DNA of 64,000 nucleotides from Iphione sp. A-MEVVRFRX5 (Eukaryota): NCBI GenBank assembly GCA_976226885.1, contig OZ320315.1, positions 64,170,001 to 64,234,000 of the forward strand, read 5' to 3'. Shown piece by piece: positions 9,739 to 21,840 of this stretch (position 1 is its first letter; each line of letters starts with the position of its first letter). The notes under the pieces were generated by a model. It saw only the letters and a program-made list of their open reading frames with translations, ran no database searches and was not told where the DNA came from. The position numbers and the translations under genes were made by a program.

Positions 9739-10064
9739 ACAGCAGGTCCTCTTCCGATGGTTTCGATTTTCCCTGACACTGATTCTGATAAAGACTGAAC
9801 TGATGATCCCCTCCCTGTGTTGAAGGAAAAAGGAAAAAGGGACTTATGACCTCCGTGAGGCCAACCCCAGGAAAAAAAAATAATAAAAAGAAAAAAAAAA
9901 TTACAAAAACCCCCTATTAACCATGTCTTAGGAATTAAGAATGAAGGTTGAAACGAGTTGCTGTTGAAAATTTCTTGTGAATAGGTATAAGTTCAGAAAT
10001 TCCGAGAGACTCTTCGGAAGAAAATCGGTAAGTATAGGTGAGTGAAAACCCTGTTTTCCCTCTT

Positions 10065-10077
10065 AAGATGGGGGAAG
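10065..10077 (+). other. Polypurine tract
   Basis: AAGATGGGGGAAG (12 of 13 purines) immediately before the TGT of the 3' LTR. Confidence 0.85.
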
Positions 10078-10585
10078 TGTAGCGTTTCGGTGTTTGGTAC
10101 GAACAAAATGCGCATTGAGAGTGTTTCCTCTGAAAGGGTTGTCGGAGGATAATCCTCCGAGATAGCCACCGGTGGCGTGGGGTGGGAAGAACATTCTAGA
10201 AACTCCCCCTGTGAAGGGAGTACGTGTGTACTGAGCACAGCTCAGAAGGTTCTAGAAAGGATCTCTCTGGAAGGATCCAAGGTAGTATAGGCTATGGAAG
10301 GTTCCAGAAGGGAACTCTCCAGAAGGATCCTATAGAGAAAGGTAGTATGTGCTGTAGAAGGTTCTAGAAGCACCCCTCCAGAAGGATCTCTGGGGGAGGG
10401 TGTTACTATTTTTAAGGATGTACCATGGCTAAATTTAGAGCCAGACTCTGTATATAAGGGCACTGATTTCCTGAATAAAGACAGTTCTCATCCGGACTTG
10501 GAAGTGAGAGCAACAACGCATATTCTGTGTGGAAGTTCTTTATTTCGCGGTGGCCATCCGGCCTGACGACGACCGACACGTTACA
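10078..10585 (+). repeat. 3' LTR (508 bp)
   Basis: Same sequence as 3215-3722 (offset 6863); the ORF track gives identical 73-aa translations for 3379..3600 and 10242..10463. Confidence 0.95.
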
Positions 10586-11579
10586 GTAACAATGAAACTT
10601 ATGCTATATTGGAAATATTAGATACAAAAAAATATGTGATCAGACGGATATTCTAGTGCATCCTAGCGTATTTATGTAGTTTTCTTTACCATGTAGTTTT
10701 CGTTACCATGGCAACAACAATGCACAATATCAAACTGCATTTTAAAAATATCTTTCGTTTGGAGACAAATGTATTCCTCTTACTGAGTTCACGTGTTAGG
10801 GGAGCATCACAATCACTGAATTATTTAACTATAGGGGCTTGGTTATATGCACTTACTCTAGATACGGACATGAATATAGGAAGATTACTTACATGTCCTA
10901 TCATGTTATTATGAATATCTAAAGTAGACCAGACCTTTTATAAACCATTTTTAAATGTCGCTTATCCATGAGAATTCAGATAAATAAACAAAGTTAAGGT
11001 AGGATTCATGGAAGGAAAAAATACATTTCATGTCCTGTTGATTTGTACAACATCAATTTAATACTTTCAAAAGCCTGACACTGAATAAATGTCCTTCATA
11101 GGAGGTCTACGCAAAATGTACGCTGTCGATTTTACAAAACCCTTGGAAAATATAGTGGTCCAGCAGTCAGCAGGCATTTTGATATTTAATCATAACTGAG
11201 TAGTTCCAGAAGATATATATTGGCTTTACTCTGGTTTGCAATTAATCCTTAGTTTCTGTCAATTAGCCGTTGAGATGTGTCCATTATTTCTGTTTAGCAG
11301 TTTCTGATCTTTACTAATCTCAGCTTTCTTTCCCATGAGACTAAAAGTAAAACCTCATTTTATAAAGCGCTGTCACATGGTAACAGGGTTTGCTAGCAAC
11401 AAACATACAGATTTAAGTTTCGATTTTGCTTTACATTTGATTACTTAAGCATTGACATTAAAATGTAATAGAACAAAATCGCCTGATTTCCCAGTCGTTT
11501 GACTGTCCCTGGTGAGGCTACTAATGTGGAGGTAATGTACAGTCTACAAAAACATCCTCTCCCGCCAAGAATATCTTAC

Positions 11580-11612
11580 ATCAGACGATTTCTCCCGGGG
11601 TACGGCCTTCAA
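11580..11612 (-). CDS. 33-nt coding micro-exon (LKAVPREKSSD) of the Cys-rich peptide gene
   Basis: Acceptor ttacatttcag|TTG, donor GAT|gtaaga; phase 0 at both ends; no stop. Confidence 0.65.
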
Positions 11613-11736
11613 CTGAAATGTAATTCAGAAAAGAGTGACTAGTAATTAACTGTCGCATATCACAGAAATAATAGAGAAATTGTACAAGTAACGCAAGATA
11701 TTTTCTACGCTTAACTATATACTTCTCCGTATTTAC

Positions 11737-11778
11737 CAGTTCTGATACATCAACGTTTTCCAGGGGAATAGGGGCCAC
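11737..11778 (-). CDS. 42-nt coding micro-exon (VAPIPLENVDVSEL) of the Cys-rich peptide gene
   Basis: Acceptor ttcatctctttttag|GTG, donor CTG|gtaaat; phase 0 at both ends; 124-nt intron to the next micro-exon. Confidence 0.65.
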
Positions 11779-12396
11779 CTAAAAAGAGATGAATGCATAA
11801 TTATATCAATGGTGGAAGCAATACAGATGAAAACGGCGAGAAAAATGAAATAAAAACAATGAATGTAACATTGTTATGTTCGTTTGGATTTGCTTAAATG
11901 AATTTGTCCAGCGAGACAACCCTCTTACTTCGCTGTAATGTGTGATCTCCCCAAATCAGGTAATTAGGCCTAGTGGCGTATGAGTTAATACAATTTGACG
12001 CGCACAACAGTAGAGCTACCCTACTCAGTAACATTTCCACCTCATAGCAGCAACCTCTTGCATAGGCTGCTCGAAAGAATTGCTTGAATCAAAGATAAAA
12101 AAATTTCTTAAGCAGGTAATTACCAGAAAACTAAAAAAGTGTAAGAATGATCTCTAATCATGAATTCTCGTATTGTGTTAACTGAGGCAACATCTGAGGA
12201 CCAGATCTGTTCTGGATGTATGTAAGTGTTTCTTTAGAGTTTGATAAAACCATTAATATAATATACCACTATAACTAATAACTAATGCCAACTTTAAACC
12301 ACCACATCACTTAAAAATAACTCCATAAAATGATAAAACATTATCTCTATGCGTGCAAAGTATATAATGCAGTTTAAGTATTAAATACATCTGAGT

Positions 12397-13000
12397 ACAA
12401 GGTTACAAGGTTACAAGGTTTATCTCCAAAGTCTCCAAATTCACTTCATACAAAATGATATTTCATAAGGCACTCAAACAATGAACAACATTGAGAAAGA
12501 AAGGACAATCAAAGCAGTGTAGATACACATGTGTAAATCGAATCCAGCATCAATATTTTTTTTCAAGGTCAGTTCAGATACAATAATATAGCTTACCAGT
12601 TAATGTAGCGAATCTTCTATTAAAGTTATACCAAAGTGTCACGGTACAGCACATCATATACACTTTCAGGTAATAGATAACTGGTACATCCCTCACTCAG
12701 ATAGTTGAGTGAGAATGCTAAGCTTCATCTACAATATTTCACAAGGAACAGTGGTAGAACTCACACACTCACACCGGTACAACATCTTTCAAGTCCTGGC
12801 CTCAGGTACAACTTCAAGCTCAATACTGAGTTGACACCGTGGACTATGCCTCCAGGTGTGGTTCATTAATATATCTTAACCTCTTTACCGAGTAGAGATG
12901 ATTGTGTGAAATGTACCTCCACATTTATCGATGGGAATATATATTTTAACTCAAACTGGAATTTGAACAATAGCTAAACCTTTCAACACTTCAACGAATG
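12397..13000 (-). mobile_element. Heavily degraded CR1/L2-type LINE 3' end
   Basis: (ACAAGGTT)x3 tandem tail at 12397-12420; stop-riddled ORF2-like residue upstream on the minus strand. The 5' boundary is approximate. Confidence 0.45.
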
Positions 13001-13013
13001 CAAGGAGAATTTT

Positions 13014-14590
13014 TTGAGTATTGAGTATTGAGTATTTTATTCAACATCTCCTCAGTGTTACAGAGCTATCAGTGTTGAAGTGGTGAACAGGTGCAAAGCA
13101 TGATCAAAATCATATAGAGTGATGTATCAAGTCAAGTTATTACAACATCGTACAGCAGAATAACCATAGAGCAACGAGAGTGAGAAAGGGTACTTATCAG
13201 TAATTGATCTCATTGATCTCTTCACTACAAAACACATCAGTATAGCATATCGGGAAAGTAAGAGGCATGGCTGAAAATCTGGAGTTTGTCACAACTACTA
13301 GATGATACCACCAATAAATTTGGTACCGGTTGGGAGTTGTTATTCCACTAGAACTACTTTTATCACATTTTGTAATATTACAGACATACAATATGATAAA
13401 CACACTGAATTACAGTCTGGCATTCAGCAGCCTATTGTTTTATCAAGATTAATTCACTCGGTAATGAGTTTCTGAACGCATCATGCAAGATAATGGTCAC
13501 TACCTGTTTGATCACTTGCCCAACCCTCCCTTGATCCCTACCCACCCTATCCCCTCCTGCCCCATGAGACTTGATCTTAATCTGCCAACTGGCAGGTCGA
13601 CTTGGGGACCTACACCACCTATCAGAGGAGATCGGTCACTGAGTCTCTACTCATGATTATCAGTGCGTATTGGTCCCTGTCCAAGGTAGGTCCAGCTGCA
13701 GCCTTGATAGACTTTTTCCCTTCTTTTCCAGTCAGCAGGAATTTCATTCCATTGCCTTACCCCCAAGTACCTGAGGGAGTTGATATACCTGGTACTCTTA
13801 GGTCTGACTATCTTGCCTCTTCGATCAGACCCCAGGCACTTTCTGGAGGCATTCTCCAGTGGGATCATTCCCAGGTTAATCTGCTTGTGTATGGCACAGA
13901 TTCCTTTCAGCATCACTAGTTTGCAGATACGCATGATCCCAAACTGCCTCTCAAGTTTTGCAGCTTAGAGGTAATATCTTCCCTGTAGACAGATGCGAGC
14001 ACATCGGTTCAGATGTACCTGCAAGTCTACAATCGCTGCCGCTGGCAGACCAGACCACAATACACTGTTGTAGTGGAAGTGCAAGGCAACCATTGCTTTG
14101 AATAGAAGCACCCGAGCCCCTAGCAGGAGGAAGCCTTTGGTTCTCCCTGTTCTCAGTGCCACACCCCATGTTTTCTTTTTGACATCCTTGCAGCTCTCTC
14201 TGAACTTGAGTCTCCCATCCAGCTTGTACCCCAGGAGGGTACATGTCCTCTCCAGTTTTAACTGGGACCCATTCAGGCTCAGGTCCAAGGGGATACCGTA
14301 AGCCTTCCCCAGAGGACAATATATGTACTTGGACTCACTCAAGACTAGATTCTCCATCTTGCACCAGTTGGAGACAGCAGTCAGGGCCAACGACGCATTC
14401 GTCCTTAGCCGCAACAGATCCCTCGCGTAGACTACCACAGACAGGTCATCTGCGTAGATCACCGCGGTGCTTTCCACTAGTAGGATGTCAACCACACTGT
14501 TGATGGCCAAGGTAAATGCCACAGGGCCGAATATTGACCCTTGTGGTACCCCTTGTTTGACTGCTAGCAGATCAGACCGTTTCCAGCACA
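13014..14590 (-). mobile_element. 5'-truncated CR1/L2-type LINE with RT core fragment
   Basis: GVPQGSIFGP (~14555-14525), IYADD and LLGYKLDGRLKF in ORF 13965..14522; frameshifted continuation SLRYLGVRQWNEIP (13647..13934); AATAAA at 13041-13036 and a (TACTCAA)x3 tail at 13034-13014. Confidence 0.9.
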
Positions 14591-16017
14591 GCGCACGAAT
14601 ACTCTAACCTATGTTCAGGTTCTGTGGGACATTGAATTAGAGTGCCTGCCTTTACATAGACAATGTAAGGGAGGACAAACCGTACAACAGACCAGAGTTT
14701 AAGTCCCCAGCGGATCTAATAGGAAATTTCAATCAACACGGACATGTCCAAACAGATATAACCAACATGGCGGAAACATTATTGGGAAATTACATGAGAC
14801 TAAAGGACTCCTGGGGGGATGATAGGAACATAGAGAGAAATTGGCGAAACTAGTGTTTAAACAAAGAATAAAAAGAATGACAAAGGTTCTAAGATATGGT
14901 GATTTAGTGTGAGATGGTTATGGTCTACGTTTGCTGTGATGGGAGTTAGTAATGGCATGAATCAACTAGACTCGGGCTTATTTAGATATGACCCAAGATT
15001 TTAATATCTTTGGATATATTGTGTTGTCTCATGATATTCCTATTCCAGTTTCTGAAGAGCAATATCTCCCAGTTTTTGGTACATACTCTAATACTAACTC
15101 TGATTCATTATTGAGGGAATTGAAGAAAAATCATTCCTGGACGTAGTCCCAGTCATGCCTCAATTCCGAGGTAACTTGCTCGAATTCCGAATAATTTGTA
15201 TTGGTCCTATATGAGCATTGTTCAATATCAAGATCTCCGTGATTTCCACCTCAATTTCTGTGACATACCAAGGCCACTCTGGTAAAGAGGCTTGGCGGTA
15301 GTTCTGCTGGACTGGATGACGCATCTCTTACATGTCTTTTAGTGGAAACATACCAGTGACTAGTTGTTACTCCCTCTTACGGACTTGGTTGATCATATTT
15401 TCATCAGATCTTGTACCGGCTGAGTGTTAAGCAAGGAACGTTCATGTGGGTCTCATGGAATAGTTGGCGTGCATTTGTCTTTATTATTGACACCTACGTA
15501 TTAGACGATTGGGTCCGAGGTAGTTGTTGACGCGAGATGAATGTCCAATGTAAATGACTGCCAAGGACGTTGATCTGATGCAAACCCCTCCCTCCAACAA
15601 CAGTACGATGTGTTATAGCAGGCAGAGGCTGGGACCCCGAAGGAACCATCGTACACCTACTTTTTAAGTAGGTGTACGAAGATTGAGGTCCTCCGAAATA
15701 AAGCCACAGGAGGACTGCTAAAATAATAATATTAATTCATTTCAGTCAAGAAGTTTGGGTAATCATGATTCAAGCATCAGTGAGCGAGCGAGCCTACTCA
15801 AGATGTCGTAAAGGATCTCCGTCAGGAATTGTTTTCTAGAGGTTATGTAAAAGATATCTTTAACTCACAAAAATATGGGGAACTTTGCAGGAGGTTCGGC
15901 TAACGATGTCTTTAATTCATGGGAATTCGCGGAATTTGACTAAAGGTCAGGATGATGATGTCTTTAATTCACGGAAACTGCACATGCATCACACATGAGC
16001 TGCATATCGGAGGCAAA

Positions 16018-16020
<3 letters not shown>

Positions 16021-16057
<37 letters not shown>
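16021..16057. repeat. (AG)n microsatellite
   Basis: About 18 uninterrupted AG units. Confidence 0.95.
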
Positions 16058-16060
<3 letters not shown>

Positions 16061-19000
16061 AAAATCGGGCCTAAAATGCGCACGAAATCCACAGTGTTCG
16101 TCTTAGCTGAGTGCATAAGAGCATCGGGAATGACCCAAGTGAACGACCGAACTGAAATATGCAGATCTATTTTATACCAGTGTTATCAAGGAAGCTGAGG
16201 CTGCTGCAAATACTAAACACTGCTTGCATGTATATGAGGGAATTCAAAATAATACCCTAGTAAGAAGTAAATGTAAACTATAATATTATGACATCATATG
16301 ATATCCATTGTTTTTCCAAATATTAAAACTGGAACCACGTGTTCCATCACAGCAAAATGCAACAATGCTTCAAATAAAGAATATGCAGGTATAATGTACA
16401 TGCACATGCATCCACGTCGTGGTTTTGATGAGATTGAATCATTATGTACTTATGAAACTGGAGAAGGGTAAAGAAATAAACTGTTATAGGGTGTTTTTAT
16501 CGGCAAGAAACTCTTTTGAAAAAGAGAAACATTCACTTTTCAAAGGAAATAATGTTATGCAATAAATGCAATCTCCGATTCAAGCTCATCAGGAAAGGAA
16601 CTCATCATTTCCTTCATGAATTGCTTCACGTTGGTCCACTGCTAAGAATTTTTTGCATTACAAGAATATTGTTATTAGCGTGGAATGCTTGTCATTTGTA
16701 AATGAAACCTGTCCAGTGTTATGTCATTTCTGTGATATGTAGAAGCTTGAAGGTTCAAGATGTTAGGAACTCTCGTAAAGGTTCTCATGGTACCATTGAA
16801 GGGATCAGCAATCTTGGTCCTCAGTGGAGGATTTCTCTTTCTGACTGAGTAAATTTTTCTATGTATGAGTTATACTCTTCTAATTTTTCTATATATGGCC
16901 CATTCTCTTTTGAGTCGTTTTCACATTTACTAGAATAGATAAATATTCGTTGTCAGTACTACTATATATCAATATAGATCTAGGCCTAAAGTGTACTGTA
17001 CTACTTGTCATTTGGTAATCAGGAGCTGATAATGTACATTATAAGGAAACCAGCACTGAAAATTGGACTTGTCTTAGCATTGTCAGTGTTGTCTATATGA
17101 TATGTTTAGGGTTATCATGAGTTTTTGACAATGTAACAAATTTATGACAATGATAAATCAGATTTACAATACTAGCTTGTCATAAACATGTCACACATTT
17201 GTCAAGTCAGAACCTAGTTCTCACCAAATCAGTTATATTATATTAAGACCTACAGACAAAATCTTCACCTATATTATTAGTGGAAAATATATAAATATAC
17301 AGCTGTAAAATATACAATGTTATTAGATTAACAAGCACAAAATAAATTGTTTCCCTCCATGAATCCTACTTTAACTGCGATTATTTATCTGAATTCTCAT
17401 GGATAAGTGACATTTAAAATTGGTTTATAAAAAAATCTGATCTATATTAGATATTTATATTAACATGATAGTCAGTGATACCTGAATCATAGTCACAGAT
17501 TCTGGAGCCATTGTTTTAGGCAAGAGCATATATTTTCCTATTACATAAACTTAAAATAGTCCTAAAAACAAGGGATTTATCTCATAACGAAGCTAAGAAC
17601 CACCTCTAGGCGTCTGTAGTATTTTCTCTCCTTTGGCAGGGGAGTCTAGGACTTGAATTTGCAGCAATGTTCAATCATGATGCATGACAACTACAAGGTT
17701 TCGTAATTGTCACCACCAAAACATGCCCCCCCCCTGAAGTTATTCACTTCAATCCACCCATCCAAAGACTGTTGTAATTCATGTGGTTGATTGAAATTGT
17801 GGAGGTAGTAGGCTGAGTATGTGCATGACTGGGAGAGAACATCCTCTCACAGTATGTACATAAATGACTGGACACAACGGCTAAACACATAATACATTGC
17901 AGGACACATAGGTTGGAGCCTAATCTATAATTATATCTACTACCATTTTAATCATTTTTTGTGTCTGTCTGACCTATTTTGGGGCCACCTTCATAGGTGA
18001 TGCTGACATGGCTTGTACTACCATGTGCGTGACCCTTTGTAAACTATTATTAATGAGTTGATGGTTATCAGACTATTAGTCTTTGTTATTTATATAGCAG
18101 ATTGTTCTTGATGTAGCAGATTGTGCTTAGGTAATAACGGTGCAACATGTGTGATTGTTGTTGGTACCAACAGATTTGGGACTGAGGAAGGACCAAGAAT
18201 TTACCTCTTCCAGGTTTGTTTCTCATATGTCCTCATTTTGATCATTTCTTCTGTCTATCAGTGTTTTTCAAAATATGTGTTCAAGTGTTTTAGCTCAAAG
18301 ATTGGTTAGTGATATAAAAAGGCATAGCAAGTCACTTAGTTATAGTTTATAACTAATTCAGTGATGGGTCCATTCTCCCATGATGGTCCTTCAGAATACT
18401 AGATTTTTTGACAGCTCTTTGACAACAATCCTTAAATGTAAATATTTGACTGATGATCGTGACCCTGTACAGTGTATGTGGTCAATTTGACATACATCCT
18501 CGTCACTAGAGACAACTGTGTCACAAGGGTTTTTTTTACTCTGACAAGGATAAAGTAATTACTCTGACAAATTGTTCACAATCTTTGTCAAAAAATTTGA
18601 ATGATGGTGCTAAACTAGTACATTATATGACAGTCAATATAACAATGCAAAACATATCACTAAAGACAACATTATGACTAGTTTAGTTTATCAGTGTCAC
18701 AATTGTACAGTAGTCATATTATCCAGTTTTGGACAACCTTTTTGGCAGAGACTATAAGTAGCAATGCTATATTTGTACATTGTGTTACTGTCAAGAGGAC
18801 AAGGCAAAACTTGCTACTAGGGATAATGCAAGGACAAGTTTATTTTTTCAGATAAGTCACTATATATAATAGGATGTTTTTACTGATTGGGTTCCTTTTA
18901 AAGTGGTTTACCTTAGGAAAGTAGGTCTCTATAAATTACATGAAATGTGCATCCATGAGTATGAGTGTATACTGGGTATACCTACTGAAGTAGGCATGTT

Positions 19001-19795
19001 ATCTTTTGTAATTCTGGACAACTTCATACTATTACGGGATGAATTATCAGGGTGTTTGGTTTGAGAGTCATTAGGAGGTGGCCTCTGGCCACAAAATGTG
19101 CGTACCTAGCTAACGTCATGTATACATGTATATTATTAGCAGGCCTCATCTCTTTGAACTAGTAGACATAGCAGGAATGTTGAAGGTGACATTCAATTCC
19201 TTTCTCCCATGTCCTAGTCACCGTTTACTCTCAAGATTATGACATACAGTCAAGACCCTATTTGTGACCACCACTTGGTACAAATCTTAAATGGTTGCAA
19301 TAGTGAATTTGGCCACAAATTGATAAGCGTTGATTATAGAAATCAATACCTTTGGCCTCAGATAAAATGGTCTTAGATTTAACTCGGTTGCAAATTGGAT
19401 TGGTTGCAAATCGAGTTATTCGCAGTTTACAGGCAGTTTGCTTAGTCGCTTGGGTTGCTCCCATACGTTTGATTGATCATATTGCAGGTAATCCATTGTA
19501 CAATGTATATTAAACGGATGAATATACAATTATTTTTTATTTAGTGCATGTCAAAGCGTCTAACCTTTCACTCTGTATGACATTATGGAAATGTTTGCGT
19601 TACCACCAGGGAAAATAGACCATGCCAAGCCTCTCGTCGCTAGATCAACTGAAGGTCCTAAAAAGTTGTATTAATTAACCGAATTCTCTACATATTTATC
19701 ACTTAAAAAGCATATGATTTGCCATAATCTGTCTCCTCGTGCTCATATAGGCTTGTTACTTCTGGACGTTTAAGATCATGTGTGAACTATCTTAC

Positions 19796-19840
19796 CTGCA
19801 ACAGGCAGATGACCAGAAGAAGACCAACAATTTTATACAT
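19796..19840 (-). CDS. First coding exon (signal peptide MYKIVGLLLVICLLQ) of the Cys-rich peptide gene
   Basis: gtcaccATG start context, hydrophobic core, donor CAG|gtaaga, phase 0. The exon begins at 19858 after acceptor ...cttgtggtcag. An upstream 5'UTR exon ends at 20007 with donor gaa|gtgagt (148-nt intron). Confidence 0.8.
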
Positions 19841-21840
19841 GGTGACGACTTCTCCTCGCTGACCACAAGTATAGAATGGATAGGGAGTTTGAGCGTCGCA
19901 TAAATCATGGAATTGATCAACGGCTGGGATTTTCATATCTTTTTATTAAATACCATATGGTCCTAACGAAAAAGTGATGTATCATTGTCAGCCATATGGC
20001 ACTCACTTCAGGCCACTCCCTCTTATAGAATTCATCGCCAAGCAACAGAAAGCTGAAAACATCACCTGTCTCCTAGCTCATCTAACAAAACTCTCTCTTG
20101 AAAAAGGTGGAACTGAAGTTAAATTTCTACTTTGTCCGTTGCCAATGTGTTAAGTAGGGAATATGGAATTCCATTTTGAGACGGATCGAAAAAAATGAAT
20201 AATTCAGTATGGGAATCACCCTAACATTCTGTTGTTCCATGTAAGCAATATCCAGATGACATTCAAGCACTGGAATATGAGTGTGGGTTTAGAGTCATTG
20301 AAAAATATACCGTTCGATGGTATTGAGAAATAATCACGACCGCAAAAAAAGACAGACAGTGCTGTGTTGTGCGTGCCTTTGTTTGCTGACCAATACGTTG
20401 GCAGACTATAGATAAACAAAACACGCAGGGCCAGGCTCAGCTGACAACATGTACATAAGTTCGACTAACCGCCGGTGTCAAGTGTAGCCGGCTAGTGTCA
20501 CATGGCGCCTATAGTTGAAGCAGGAGGTGGGTGGGTGGATGCGGCAGAGGATAATTTTGTGAACGACTTTTTCTGTTTCTCTCCCTTTCGGATTCTTGTT
20601 GTAAAGGGATAAGCATGGGGAACCACCCTTTTTAAGGGAGGTAGCGTACTGAATAGGATTAGCCTCTAAATTCAAAAACCTTTAGAGGCCAAATTCCTTT
20701 CGTGTACTGAGTAGTCGACTGATGGAATGAGTGCTACATCCTTCTTCCTTCTATTAAAAATAAGCACCACCATAATAATTAACACTGATATATACATATA
20801 TTAAAATTCCATCGGCGATATAGTTTTCCCGAACCCATCACTATATATCCAAACGTTCGTCAGGATTCAGTAATTGTTTGATATATGGGAGGAGGCATTG
20901 GATGGGGTGGCTTAAAATCGAAAAAAGAAGAAAACACTATCCTAGGGCAACTCTGAGAGGATATTGGGATAACACAGACAGATAATCCCGAAAAGAAATC
21001 AGTAAAAGATGAATATGTGTGTGTTATTTGCAATAAGAGAAGTATGAAAACACAAGAGGGTAAAATGGAGAAGAATGTAGACTGGAAGAGGACGAGAAGG
21101 AAGTTAACTGAAAGAGGATTAGGAAGAACAAAGGAACAGCAGAATCGCAGGGAGAATGAAGTGGTAGGAGATCAGAAGCAAAGGGCGAGACAATAAAAGG
21201 AACTGGACTACGTGAGACTATGGGGAGACAAGAAAGTAAAAACGGCTGTTGTGCTAGTGAATGGAGAATATTGTCGGTAAAGGGTCTTGTCAGAGAAGGC
21301 AGAGTTACAGGTCGGGTCTAGACACTGAATGAGGAGCCGGCGTTAGGGCGAGGCTGAGATGAAAGGGAAATGTGGAGGGTGTTGGAGGATAGGGTATTTA
21401 GGAGGGATGAGCTCGAGTGGGCGGCATGTTACTTATTGAATCAGTCCGAGTTACTCACTGATAACGAGTCAAACGAACTTCCTGTCATCTCGTCTCGCCT
21501 ACGCGTACACTTAGATTACCCAGCACCCCCGTTAGAGGGGCCACGAAGTGAGGGCATTAGGTAGTACATCCGACTATTAGAATGAGAAACCACATCACAT
21601 AGGTGACACCTTCTTGCAAGACTAGCGTACCAGTGATGCCAAATTTCCGCTCGCTGGGAAGTGAGGTCAAAGGTCGTTAAGCGATGACATTTGAGAGGAT
21701 CATGAAATTCCTTATGCCATAGTTGCGCACATCCTTTTCGAGAAGAGTACCCTCAGGCCAGTTTTTCATTTGTATCTTGATGATCATATTATATCAGTCT
21801 CACTTTCTTTCAGTCAATGAGATGGGCTTCTGGGCTTAGC

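Larger units (their letters stand above)
3215..10585 (+). mobile_element. Young non-autonomous Ty3/Gypsy LTR retrotransposon: LTR-PBS-gag-(decayed pol)-ORF3-PPT-LTR
   Basis: Two 508-bp TG...CA direct repeats, PBS, PPT, gag with CCHC knuckle, and pol remnants in PR-RT-RH-IN order (the Gypsy order). Flanks are GTAG (3211-3214) and GTAA (10586-10589), an imperfect 4-bp TSD. Confidence 0.95.

Noticed and set aside
10784-10815. 32-nt minus-strand segment with good AG/GT sites in the Cys-rich gene intron
   Set aside because: Not a multiple of 3, and starts with TGA in the phase-0 frame, so it is incompatible with the gene model.
15995-16198. ORF with an ERERER run (similar cases: 37888..38103 EAEAE and 45058..45380 poly-S/poly-R)
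   Set aside because: Translations of microsatellite or low-complexity tracts, or of the pogo acidic tail in other frames.
21664-21676. DR1-like nuclear receptor motif AGGTCAaAGGTCG
   Set aside because: Single imperfect site that is common in invertebrate repeats; nothing else supports function.
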